Shown piece after piece: positions 47,567 to 63,322 of a stretch of DNA of 64,000 bases. Position 1 is the stretch's first letter. Each line of letters opens with the position of its first letter. The stretch is taken from NCBI RefSeq assembly GCF_009914755.1, contig NC_060942.1. The stretch is one strand, 5' to 3'. The notes beneath the pieces were generated by a model. It made no database searches. It saw nothing but the letters and a program-made list of their open reading frames with translations, and was not told the DNA's origin. The stretch comes from the human T2T-CHM13v2.0 reference genome, Homo sapiens. The position numbers were made by a program, and so were the translations under genes.

Positions 47567-48724
47567 CTAAGTTCTCTGGCCTGGATCTAAAACATCAGTA
47601 ATGTTAAAACTCCACAGGTAATTCTACCTAGCAGTAAGAAGTGAGGACATCTGATCTACCTAATGGTGTGTCTTGTGCTAAGGATTGTATAGAACAAATA
47701 AGTGTTAAGTTGATTGAATATCCGTATCGTATGACTAGCAAACCCATTAAAACTACATAAAATTTATAAATATTGTAGAAATGGATGGAAATATTAAAAA
47801 TACATGTAAGATTAGCTATATAATGTAAGAAACTAATTTTTTTTCAAAAATTATATGACTATGAAACAGATTCTCATGAGAAAATACGAGATTTGACTAT
47901 TAAATTAAGATCATGCTGGCAAATATATCCAAAAAATTACCTTTATATGCCTCATTCACCTCAAGAATTCCTTAACTTACAGAAAATATCACTAAATGTT
48001 CAATTCCATATAGTTTTAAAAATCATTGTACTTAACCTAGTGTTTTGAATTTTTGTACATCCCAATATTTTATACATGTGTAAACATAGTAATAGGAATA
48101 TTGAGTCAAAAATGTACTTATTTAGCTATAAAAGAGGTAACTACATGGAAGTAATATTCATCAACTTTATAATTTCTTTTTTATAGTATCACATGCACAA
48201 TTAAAATATGACACTTGGAGCCTTCTATTTCTCTCCAATTCTGGATTTACTGAGAGCAGTGATGACATATTCTTTAATATGCTGGATTGTGCTCATCTGG
48301 AACACAAAGCCAAGGAAATGCCTAAATGCAATATGGTCAAATGTTTTACCTCATCAAGTCAAGCACGTCCAGATGCCAAGTCACTGAAAGTAACTCTTCC
48401 AATGGCAGCCTCTGCCATCTTGGAATGCCCAATGCCTTCCCCACATGCATTATGTTTGTTTTTTATTCATTCTCTTTCCTAAAGAAACAAGCATCTCCCA
48501 CTTACTTAGAACATTCCCATAAGTCTTTTAGGATCAAAAATTTCCCATGATGATACGAGACAAGGGCTTTATAATAAACAAAATTTGAATTTCTATGTGA
48601 TTCTCTCTCAAATATTAATGTTTTAAAGAGTTTGCATTTGTTATGCAAACATGAAGTTAAAATAGATGAGTGGCTAAAACCATTATGTTTTTGTTAGAAA
48701 AAACAGTGGTAGAAATAATTATAT

Positions 48725-49005
48725 TTTTATGGTGAGAACGCTTAAAATCTACGCTTAGTAATTTTCAAGTATACATTTGTATTGACTATAGTCACCATGT
48801 TTTAAATTAGTTCCTTGAAGGTATTCTTCCTAACTGAAATTTTGTATCTTCTGACCATCATCTGCCCAATCCCCACCCTGTCTCCCAACACCACCCTGGC
48901 CTCTGGTAACCACTATTCTAGTCTTTGTTTATATGGGTTTGTCGTTGTTAGATTCCACAAATAATAGGCCTTAAAATAGCCGAGAGTGAATTTTAGGTGT
49001 TCTCA

Positions 49006-49046
<41 letters not shown>

Positions 49047-49175
49047 AAAGAATGTGTGGTAATGCATAATTAACTTTATTTACACATTACACAATACATA
49101 CATATATCAAAACAGAATTTTTACTCTGTAAGTATATACAATTTTAATTGTCATAGAAATAAATTAGAAAAATAA
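48725..49175. mobile_element. L1MA 3'-end pieces in opposite orientation, containing (CA)n at 49007-49045
   Basis: 48725-48963 minus (ggtgagaacgcttaaaatctac...gattccacaaataa); 48965-49175 plus, ending in an A-rich tail. Confidence 0.7.
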
Positions 49176-50683
49176 ATTCTTACTATGTTGCATATTAGGA
49201 GCAAATGTGAAACAAATTGTCAGAGCTTCTATAAATTCCAGAAAATTGTATTCGTATACCACATTTTGTTTTACTTTGTGAAAAGACTGCATGAAATATT
49301 AATTGCTATTTCATTAAAATAATGTAAAATAGACTGAGTTCTTGGAAGGTTGTTAGAGATTTTCCCTGTTTATCTAAATCTTTGTATGTCTATATGTATC
49401 CAACTCTGAGACTACAATTATTAAACAGTAAAACCTTGCACTGTTACAGAGAGTGGATTTTATTGGTGATATATAATAGATTTATATTTTTAGGTATAAT
49501 TTTTTAGGTGCAAATCCAATATATATATTTTTTATTGCAGAAAATTTTAATTACCAACAATTAAAAAACTTTTATAATTCATAACTTTTTTCAAAAAGAA
49601 ATATCATGTATAGGTCACATCCAGACTGAGAGTTGTGAACTGAATCCACTGAATCCTACTCTAGGGGCAAGGCTTTTTCTCCATGTTCTGCACATGCCTC
49701 ACTTGTCCAGAGCACCCATTCCTTGTCCTTGAAGCTTATCCATACCCTGGACTTGTGGCTGGATGACTGCCTGCAGCAGGCTGGGCTCCATAAATGCCTT
49801 TGCAGAATTTCAGGACACAGACAAACATCACTTCACACTGAACGAATGATGACTATAAGAAATCACTATGAGTTAGTGATCCTCATCTAGGAGCAAATAA
49901 TATGAACAATTCTTTACTCACTCAACTCCACACACTCATGGCATGAGGGAAAATGATGGTTCCTCTGGCAGAGGCCCATGCTTTTTGACTTTCAGCATCC
50001 CCTTCTAGCCTGCGAATGGCTTTGTCTTATCTGGTTTCTGAGTGTAGACGTGCAACCCTGTCCTCTGTCCTCTGCCTTCTGTCTTAAACTTAGACTTTCA
50101 AACTGTGATCTTGATAGTTCAGTTTCTAGCAAATGATTTCTAATTGAGGAATTCCAACCACAAGAATATAGGAACACAAGGAGGAATTTCAGGAGTGTTG
50201 GAAACAGAAGCCTACCTTTTCATATCAAAAAACTTTAGTTTCCCCAAAGTGTGAGACTTCTTTGTAACTTATGTGAAAAATACTTTATGCATGTATGTGA
50301 ATTTTTTTAAGTATGAGAGAAAGAATTGGAGGCATAAAATAAAGATTACAGGATGCTCTTTTCATACTTGGCTAAAGAATTACCCAATTTCTAGTAAAAA
50401 TTAACATCAGATTAGATTATCTGTGGAGTATAAAATAAGAATACACTTTCACATGGAGGGATTATAAATGAATGAATGTCATTTGTAGCAACAGGAGAAA
50501 AAAGGAAGGTACATTGTTGACTGAGGAACTCCAGGATAATCACCAGAATCCAGGAAAAACATGATGGCTAAATTTGACCAACGCTGGAGATCAATGGAAG
50601 GGTGAGAGCTGTCACAACCACAATTTCTTTTATACCAGCTTCTCATATAGAGTTATTTAAGATACTCTCACAAAGCATATAGA

Positions 50684-50895
50684 CAGATGCCCCTCAACTT
50701 ATGATGCGTTACCTCTGGATAAACCCATTATTCAGTTGAAAATATCGTAAGTCAAAAGAGTATTTTTTCAGTTATTATATTTTCCACTTATGATGGGCTG
50801 ATCAGGATGTAACCCCATGGTAAGTTGGGGAGCACACTGAATGCCTATCACTTTCATACCATCATAAAGCAGATAAATCATAAATTAGGGATGTA
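50684..50895. mobile_element. Tigger5/MER47-type MITE
   Basis: cagatgcccctcaacttatgatg..ataaacccat ... acttatgatggg..atcaggatgtaaccccatggtaagttggggagcacactg. Confidence 0.7.
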
Positions 50896-51024
50896 AATCA
50901 TATTATGTATATGCATTTTATGAAACATTTATATATGTACAAATACATATCTTAAAAGCTTTAGCAACTATATTTCTCTATCTTGCTATGTTTCCATGCA
51001 AAAATTCTAAACAAAAGAAAGTAA

Positions 51025-51641
<617 letters not shown>

Positions 51642-51824
51642 GATACATCAGTATTGACAGTTTAGAGAAAAACACGAAGATGTTTTAAAGGATGAAAAAA
51701 TATACTACTCTAATTTGCTATATTAGCCAATTTTGAGGAGAATGCATATGATGTTCTCTCTAAATGACAAGAGAACATCTGGCAAAATTTAACAAACATT
51801 TCTAACTAAAAAAAAGAAAAATGC

Positions 51825-52258
51825 ACAGTTTGCTTTCCATATCTGCCAGTTCTTCAGGTGCAAATTCAACCAATCACAGATTTAAAAAAAATGTAGAAGC
51901 TGAGCTTGATGGTGCACCTATAGTACCAGCTACTTGGGAGGATGAGGTGGGAGGATCACTTAAGCTCAGGAGTTTACTTGAGCCAAGGAACACAAGACTC
52001 AGTCTGGGTAACATAGGGAGCCTCCATCTCTTTAAAATAAATTTCAAAAAAATTTTTCAATGCAACACAACTACCTATACAACATTTGTATTGCATCAGG
52101 TATTATAATAATTTAGAGATGATTCAAAGTATACAGGAAGATGTGCATGGGTTATAAACAACTACTATGCTATTTTATATAATGGGCTTGAGCATCCACA
52201 AATTTTGAAATGTGTAGGAGTCCCCAAACAAATCTCCCATGGATACCAAAGGGACTGT
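51825..52258 (-). mobile_element. MER2 (TcMar-Tigger) with a nested FLAM/Alu monomer (~51898-52045)
   Basis: aatttagagatgattcaaagtatacaggaagatgtgcat, cttgagcatccacaaattttg, cccatggataccaaagggactg. Confidence 0.8.
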
Positions 52259-52269
52259 ATTCCCTTACT

Positions 52270-53900
52270 TTGATAAAGTTTATATAGCAAAACTCAATCA
52301 CAAATAATATAACTACTGGAAGATATTAGAAGAATTTTCATTAACGTTAAGGAAATATTAAAAATGAGTATTATTAATATTGATATCTTGCATTTTCCTA
52401 GAATTCATGCAAATTCAATAAAAATATAAAAAGAAATAAATGTAAATAATTAAAAAAATAACCCAAACAGTCATTACTGGTAAATAATCTAACTGTTTAC
52501 TTAAAAATCCGGGAAAATCAACTGAGGCTATCACAAAAATCAGCACATTCAGTAAGGTGACTACATAACGGAAAAAATTATCCTATAAAGTATCTAAGTG
52601 AAACATGGCGAAAAGGAAATCTCAATTGATGATATTAAATCAATTCAATTGTACTTAGGATTGAATAAAACCAGTAATAAAAACAGCAAAATAAATTGTT
52701 TAAGGCCTTAATAAAATAACTATAAATCATCATTGAAAGACATTAAGGTATTGAATATAAGAAAAGACATACGGGCTGGGTACAGTGGCTCACACCTGTA
52801 ATCCCAGCACTTTGGGAGGCTGAGGTGGGCGATCACCTGCGGTTAGGAGTTCGAGACCAGCCTCATCAACATGGAGAAATCCCATCTCTACTAGAAATAC
52901 AAAATTAGCCAGGCATGGTGGCATGCGCCTGTAGTCCCTGCTACTCGGGAGGCTGAGGCAGGAGAATCACTTGAACCCAGGGGGCGGAGGTTGTGGTGAG
53001 CCAAGATTCATGACATTGCACTTCAGCCTGGGCAACAAGAGCAAAACTCCATCTCCAAAAAAAAAAAAAAAAAAAAAAAAAAAGAAAAGGAAAGACATAC
53101 TGTATGTGTAGATGAAAAGACTCAACCTGATGAATCTCTCAATTAAGTTATTCATTCAGTGAAAATTTCAATAGAATTTTTAAGATAAGTTGACAAGATT
53201 ATATTAAATTTCACCTGAAAAAATAAAAGCTATAAGAAAAAGGTATCCTAACACTTGTTGAAATACACTCAAGTTATTAAAGTTGAAGTGTAATATTGAC
53301 ATAAAAATACACAAAATATCAATGTAACAGAGTTGAGAATACAGAAACAGAACAAAGAAGATATAAAATGTTTTTGTAGATAAAGGTATTATTCTAAGTC
53401 AGAAGGCTTCAATAATGGTATTGGAACAGTTGGGGGGGGAAAATATATACACACACACATATATATGTGTATATATATACATATACACATATATATACAC
53501 ACACATATATATGTGTATATATATACATATATATGTATAATCACAGGTGCAAATTACATCTAATTCACACCATATCCAAACATAAATTCTAGTCAGAATA
53601 GAGAGTTAAAGATTTTTATGCTCTAAAAGAACTAGAAGAAAACATAGGCCAATACTGGCATAATATCTTACATAGCAGATTGATGGCAAAAGACATTAAC
53701 AAAATATTGACAAATTTAAATACATAATATGAAACTCTCATACTACAAAAAAACTTAAAGTTAAAAAAAAGTATGGAGAACTATGTGCAACATATTTAAC
53801 AAAAGACTGATAACTATAGTACATGAATAACCTTTAAAAATGCAGGAAAATAACAATTACAGTAGAAGATTCATAATAGGAATGACTCAAAAAAGAAATA
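52270..53900 (+). mobile_element. Degraded old L1M ORF2 fragment, interrupted by an Alu and a (TA/CA)n tract
   Basis: cattcagtaaggtgactac, gatgaaaagactcaa, ttgacaagattatattaaattt, tcacaccatatccaaacataaattc. Confidence 0.7.
52774..53088 (+). mobile_element. AluSp/Sq-like
   Basis: caacatggagaaa, gggcaacaagagcaaaactcc; polyA; TSD aaagacatac. Confidence 0.95.
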
Positions 53901-54164
53901 AAAATTGTCTTAGCTGACATTTTAATTGTCAATTTTAATTTCAATTTAATTTTTAATTTTAATTTGACAAAGTGACAATCAAAAAAATGCATATATTTTG
54001 ATACACTATATTCGCTTTTGGAAATCATTTCTACAAAAATTCTCTACACTGTGTACAGTATCAAAAATTTTTAAAGTCATGTCTATAATTAGGAAAATCT
54101 TTAAATAATATGTTGTAAGCCATACTATGAAATATATAAAGGGAGAATTAAAATTTATTGTCTG

Positions 54165-54995
<831 letters not shown>

Positions 54996-57900
54996 TAAAA
55001 CTCATTTATATAATGATCTGTAAGATATGATGAAAAAAGTATATGTCTTATCTAAAAAAATATTAGTTCAAAAACATGTTAAAATATAAGACATTCACTC
55101 CATCATTACCTAATGGATACTATCTTCCCTGCTTTGATCTCTCTCAAACTTATAAAATGTAGAAAAAAATGTCAGAGAGGACATGAATGTGGAATTAGGG
55201 AGACATATTTTTTGTACAGATTTTAAATCTATTGTTACTTGCTTTGTATAAGGAACTAAGGCAAGAGAGAGAAAACAACAATGAGTAATTAGTCATTAGT
55301 TTACTAATTAGTCCCTGTGTAGTAAAAACTTAAATTTTAAGAAAGAAAATAAAAACAGTTCACAGATAAGTGTGATATAAAGCTGCATGAAATGATCTTG
55401 AGAGAGAAACCACATGCAGGTGGGCTTCTTGACGGAGATGGCATTTTAGCCAGGGTTTGAGTGACAGCTAAAAATCTGAAAGGCTGGGACAGAGAGCATA
55501 CAGATTTCAGATGAAGGGAACAGGATGTGCTGAGCTGCAATGTGTCTGGTGTGTGGTTAGAACAGGGTGTTGTCTAGTTCTGTCGGAGCACTGAGTATGC
55601 GAAGCAGTAGAAGGCAAAGATACAAAAGGGAGGTTGATGTCCTCTGATATGGAGGGTCACCAGAATCGCAAACATTCACAGCTTAACACAGCAGGTGCAT
55701 CTAGGAAGATGGCTGTTTTTCTCAGCTTAGGATGGATTTAGCAACAGGCAGAGCTTCACCAAGTGGGAGGGAGGGATGGCACCATCAAGTAAGCAAACAC
55801 AGCATCCTTTGTCCTCCTTCCCTGCCACAGACACTACTTTTTCTATTTTTTTCCCACTGGTTTTACTTCTAAGCACTTAAAAAAAAAAAAAAAAACTTAA
55901 GCTATGTTTTTCCATATTTCCCAAAAAAATACTTTGCCTATCTCTAACCAGAGTCTTTAACCACAACACAGTACACAGAATAGAATAACTGTAGTTTACA
56001 TGTGTTTTTTACATAAATACAAGCCTTAAAGATCATTCAATGCAATCCACTTCTCTTACAGATGAGGCAACTGAGGCACATTTCTTGAAAAAATGATTAG
56101 CAATGAGGGTTAACAGTCATGTGATTTGCCCAAGATAGCAAACAGGTCTCTAGTATTATGTGAGACAAGGTAGAGCTTTTTGTTTCATAGGAATTTACTC
56201 TGAACTACAGGTAAATGATAGCTCAGGGTGTGGATTATTTGGGGTTACTGCAATAAAATGTAACATTTTGACAGGAGACTTGTTAAACTGTACTGAAACT
56301 GAACATCTTGCACCAATTGGGCTTACTAATGTACAAAATACATTGCTTTTTTGGAAGCTGGCTATTTGTAATTCTTCCTTTATGTTTAACCAAACAGACA
56401 GTTAATTCTGTAGAAGGAAGAAAAAAGATGCATGGATTATTAATGGATAAAAAGATTAACTCTGATGGTGAGTTCAGTTTCCATTTGGGAGGGCAAGAAA
56501 AAGTAAGTTAAAAATATTTCTTTCATTGAAAATCAAAGTATTTTATTCAAGAAGAATGGCTTTGTATTAGACTGGCAAGGAAATAAAGGATGAGAGGCAA
56601 GGTATGGTAGCAGGTTTGAATTACAATAAAAATTTCTCAGCTAGATTCACTAGGGAAATTTTACGTCTCTCAAGGATTTTTAAAATCTTGAACTTGAAAG
56701 AATATCAAGGATTGCAGCTGTTCTTTTTTAAACTATTCATCTTTATTCCCATACCATGCCAAGAAAATCCAATAACTAAGCCCATAGAGGTAATACAATA
56801 CAAAATCAGAGATTATGCAGACAATGAGTTTGACAACTGAACATTCCATCAGACACATAGTTTGCCTTATCTACTCCCATTCCAAAGCCCAAGGGTTACA
56901 TGGCCTTGTACAGACACAGGAAGTCAGGACCGTTCCCCATCCACTTCACTATGCATAATTGAAACCACACGGCAATATATACAGAAGAAACTGACAGCTC
57001 TGGCTGTCTTTTCTACAGATCAATACACATTTTGAGAATCCTAGTGTTCTTTTGCAGACAATTTCCTCAAAATATAAAATAACTTTGGAATTTTAATCTT
57101 TAAAATAATATGAAACTATAAATTATCATTAAACTAATGTCAAAGATAGACTCATAAAAATTATTCAATGTGCTTTATCATAAATACTTACTTATTAGTA
57201 ATTACCCCACCTGATTTCAAATAGAATTTAAGGTATTTGATTTACAATAACAACCACACACACATACTGTATGAAAAAGTGCTCCCACAAATAGAAACAT
57301 TAACAGAATACAGTAAGATATAATTAAACTACGTACATTAACATTGGCAGCTCAAGTAAATGAAAACTGAAAGCACCTAACACTGGTATCAGTAGCTTTG
57401 TTTTCCAAGGACTTGGAGTTGCTCTCCATCAAAATAGGAGTTAAATTCTAAATATGCTAAAAGGACAAACATCTCCTGGGAAGTTCTATAGCATGAAAAT
57501 GACGGATCCAGAAAAGCTTGTCCATACTTTAGAAACTATCTGTGTATATCACTTCTATTTTCTGTAAGGCTATAATTTTTCAGGAAGTTTATATACATAA
57601 ACATTCATTTTCAAAGTATTTAACAAGTAACTACTGTGTGTTAGCCAAGACTTTTAACGGAACAAGGGGAAAGGGGTTCAGACACAGAAATAAATCTCAT
57701 TTATAAACAAAAGTCCAGGCATCAAGGCATTCAATTTTATTCTCATGCACTATTATTCTTTCATCTTTGATACCCAAGAAACCCAGTAGAACAATACAGA
57801 AGGAAGTCAATTTTTTTTTGCAAACATGCTTTCTAAAAAGGCAAAAGATGAAGTAATTTGAGAATAATATTATATTGCAAAATTATTGTAAATGATAAAT

Positions 57901-58002
57901 CTACCTGATTGTTTCCATCTTCAGCTTGTTCCTTAGCTGATCAGTGAGTTATCTCAAATAATATTACATATTCTTTGCAGAGTTTGTGGGAATTAAACTT
58001 AC

Positions 58003-58079
58003 CCAGAAGGAGATGGCAATCCAGTTGATGGAGGGGATGCTCCACGGGTGCCTGGGCCGGGACAAGGAAGCTTCCCAGT
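58003..58079 (-). CDS. Candidate 77-bp exon of an unidentified gene (frame unknown; e.g. TGKLPCPGPGTRGASPPSTGLPSPSG)
   Basis: Branch-like cttAac (58111-58106), tract ggtgttttcctttttacttcAG, donor TGG|GTAAGT; GC/CpG-rich island in an AT-rich background; all three frames open. Confidence 0.6.
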
Positions 58080-58185
58080 CTGAAGTAAAAAGGAAAACAC
58101 CGAGCGTTAAGTCTGCCTTCCTCCTACATTAACCATCAACTACTAAGTATCTAACAACCAGCTTGCAAAATTCCTGATAATTTAA

Positions 58186-58505
58186 GACCCAGGACTCGGT
58201 AATTTGTAAAGGAAAAAGGTTAATTGACTCACAGTTCCACATGGCTGGGGAGGCCTCACCATCAAGGCAGAAAGTACAGGGGAAGCAAGTCACTTCTTCC
58301 ATGGCAGCAGGCAAGAGAGGGTTTGTACAGGGGAACTCCCATTTACAAAACCATCAGATCTCGTGAGACTTATTCACTACCAGGAGAACAGTATGGGAGA
58401 AGCTGCCCTCATTATTCAATTATCTCCACCTGGCCTCACCCTTGACAGGTGGAGATCATTACAACTCAAGGTGAGATCTGGGTGAGGGCACAGCCTAACC
58501 AATCA
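58186..58505 (-). mobile_element. THE1 LTR, partial copy (unit A)
   Basis: aattgactcacagttccacatggctggggaggcctcac...aaaaccatcagatctcgtgagacttattcactac. Confidence 0.9.
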
Positions 58506-59334
58506 ACCACTGGGCTATTCTCCAAGGTTGATTTGGAATCAAGCAATGCTTCCCCAAACTCAATTCTCTGGTGCTGACTCCTTATATCTTTTGTGCCTTT
58601 ATATGGGTGACACTGGAGGCTGACATTGGAAAAGAAATCTAGTACATTATTTAGAGGTGAGATGCTAACTAGACATACCTAGAGTTCCTCAGTCAGAAAG
58701 ATCTTTGCGAACATTCTCATAGTGCCTGAGACACTAACCTCCACTGTCACAACACTCATCTCAGCAAAATTTCAATTGCATTCTAGGTAGAATAGAGTCT
58801 TGGGACAACACAGCCAGGAATTCCCAAGTATCCATAAATATAAAACAAGAAAGAATATCATACTAACAGGATGAGGGCTTTCTGTATTCTTTAAAATAAA
58901 ATAAAATAGGTCTAATCCTTTAATTCAAACACTGACATGTAATTCTGTTCTTTTTAAATATGTTTATATTTTTGGATCAATTTTTAACAGAAACATATTT
59001 TTGTCAGTCTATGTATGAGCCATTAAAACTAAAGGGGTAGAAAACAGTGATATTTATTACCTTGATTTCTGTTGACAGAATAAACAGTATGTTTTAGTAC
59101 ATTCTAAAAATTAATTTTATCACTTTTGATAATTTCTCTGTATAATCCATTTGGCTTCTATTTTGTCTTTGAGAGGTTTCTGGTACAAATTTATGAGGTA
59201 CGTGTGCAATTTTGTTACATGCATGGATTGCATAATGGTCAAGTCTGAGCTTTGATGGTATCCATCAGCCTCATAACGTACATTGTACCCGTTAGCCAAT
59301 TTTCATCATCCATCTCACTGCACCCATGGTTTAG

Positions 59335-59644
<310 letters not shown>

Positions 59645-59952
59645 GCTTAGCACTTTTAAGAAAATGTTTTTCTTTAGATTTTTAAAAATTCTAATATACA
59701 ACAAACACTCATGCTATCTCTGTAAGTCCCAGTAATAGCAGTAAGACACACCACATAAGCCACTTTGAATCAAAGAAGATTCATATAATAGTTTTGGGAT
59801 TTTTCTATCTTTATCCCTTTGTGGTAATCAAGTTTTCTGGGTATAAAATTTAGTTCTTATTTTCAAGTGGTTTTCCATTAATTTGGAGGATCACTAAACT
59901 TCAGATTATTTTATTTTTTCCTGTTATATTAAACTTACACAGAGAACACTTT

Positions 59953-60151
59953 GTGGGGTTCTGGAGCTTGTTTGTGTTGGCTGCTAAGAGATGATTATTA
60001 AATCATCAGGAATTTTGCAAGCTGGTTCTTAGATACTTAGTAGCTGAAATTGGCCATGATGGGAGTATTGATATCGCAGAAATCAGCAAATCTATAAATT
60101 AGAGCCCTCCTCACACACCATGGTGCTTAAACATGTACTAGTATGTCACTG
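59953..60151 (+). mobile_element. MER63A-like (hAT-Blackjack); duplicate at ~62131-62329
   Basis: ttaaatcatcaggaattttgcaagctggtt..gaaattggccatgatgggagtatt..aaacatgtactagtatgtcactg. Confidence 0.75.
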
Positions 60152-60304
60152 ACCAATTCATTCCCTTTGTGAGATGTTTCATCCAGGCACATGCCTGGAG
60201 TAGGAGTTCAGCACAGACTATCAGAATGGCCTGCACTCAGGCGCTACTGCTGTAGTACAGGCCACTTTCCTTCCCAAAGAAACGCTGACTCCTCAATAAG
60301 CTTC

Positions 60305-60831
60305 TGTATTCGTTTGTTCTCACACTGCTGAGTCCCAGTAACAGCAATGTACAATAGCAATAGTACATGTTTAAGCACCACTGGGTGAGGGGGGGCTCCA
60401 ATTCGTAGGTTTCCTAATTTGCTAATTTCTGTGATATCAATAGTCTCATCAGGGACGATTTCAACTACTAAGTATCTAACAACCAGCTTGCAATATTCCT
60501 GATAATTTAAGACCCAGGACTCGGTAATTTGTAAAGGAAAAAGGTTTAATTGACTCACAGTTCCACATGGCTGGGGAGGCCTCACCATCAAGGCAGAAAG
60601 TACAGGGGAAGCAAGTCACTTCTTCCATGGCAGCAGGCAAGAGAGGGTTTGTACAGGGGAACTCCCATTTACAAAACCATCAGATCTCGTGAGACTTATT
60701 CACTACCAGGAGAACAGTATGGGGGAAGCTGCCCTCATTATTCAATTATCTCCACCTGGCCTCACCCTTGACAGGTGGAGAGCATTACAACTCAAGGTGA
60801 GATCTGGGTGAGGGCACAGCCTAACCAATCA
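60305..60831 (-). mobile_element. THE1 LTR (unit B) with an inverted MER63 copy inserted at ~60332-60510
   Basis: LTR edge tgtattcgtttgttctcacactgctga, then the insert, then the LTR resumes. Confidence 0.88.
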
Positions 60832-61572
60832 ACCACTGGGCTATTCTCCAAGGTTGATTTGGAATCAAGCAATGCTTCCCCAAACTCAATTCTCTGGTGC
60901 TGACTCCTTATATCTTTTGTGCCTTTATATGGGTGACACTGGAGGCTGACATTGGAAAAGAAATCTAGTACATTATTTAGAGGTAAGATGCTAACTAGAC
61001 ATACCTAGAGTTCCTCAGTCAGAAAGATCTTTGCGAACATTCTCATAAGATGTGATGCCTGAGACACTAGCCTCCACTGTCACGACACCCAGCAAAATTT
61101 CAATTGCATCCTAGGTAGAATAGAGTCTTGGGACAACACAGCCAGGAATTCCCAAGTATCCATAAATATAAAACAAGAAAGAATATCGTACTAACAGGAT
61201 GTGGGCTTTCTGTATTCTTTAAAATAAAATAAAATAGGTCTAATCCTTCAATTCAAACACTGACATGTAATTCTGTTCTTTTTTAATATGTTTATATTTT
61301 TGGATCAATTTTTGACAGAAACATATTTTTGTCAGTCTATGTATGAGCCATTAAAACTAAAGGGGTAGAAAACAGTGATATTTATTACCTTGATTTCTGT
61401 TGACAGAATAAAGATGTTTCAGCACATTTTAAAAATAAATTTTATCACTTTGATAATTTCTCTGTATAATCCATTTGGCTTCTATTTTGTCTTTGAGAGG
61501 TTTCTGGTACAAATTTATGAGGTACGTGTGCAATTTTGTTACATGCATGGATTGCATAATCCTCAAGTCTGA

Positions 61573-61824
<252 letters not shown>

Positions 61825-62482
61825 TAGCACTTTTAAGAAAATGTTTTTCTTTAGGTTTTTAAAAATTCTAATATACAACAAACACTCATGCTATCTCTGT
61901 AAGTCCCAGTAAAGCAGTAAGACACACTACATAAGCCACTTTGAATCAAAGAAGATTCATATAATAATTTTGGGATTTTTCTATCTTTATCCCTTTGTGG
62001 TAATCAAGTTTTCTGGGTATAAAATTTAGTTCTTATTTTCAAGTGGTTTTCCATTAATTTGGAGGATCACTAAACTTCAGATTATATTATTTTTTCCTGT
62101 TATATTAAACTTACACAGAGAACACTTTGAGTGGGATTCTGGAGCTTGTTTGTATTGGCTGCTAAGAGATGATTATTAAATCATCAGGAATTTTGCAAGC
62201 TGGTTCTTAGATACTTAGTAGCTGAAATTGGCCATGATGGGAGTATTGATATCGCAGAAATCAGCAAATCTATAAATTAGAGCCCTCCTCACACACCATG
62301 GTGCTTAAACATGTACTAGTATGTCACTGACCAATTCATTCCCTTTGTGAGATGTTTCATCCAGGCACATGCCTGGAGTAGGAGTTCAGCACAGACTATC
62401 AGAATGGCCTGCACTCAGGCGCTACTGCTGTAGTACAGGCCACTTTCCTTCCCAAAGAAACGCTGACTCCTCAATAAGCTTC

Positions 62483-63322
<840 letters not shown>

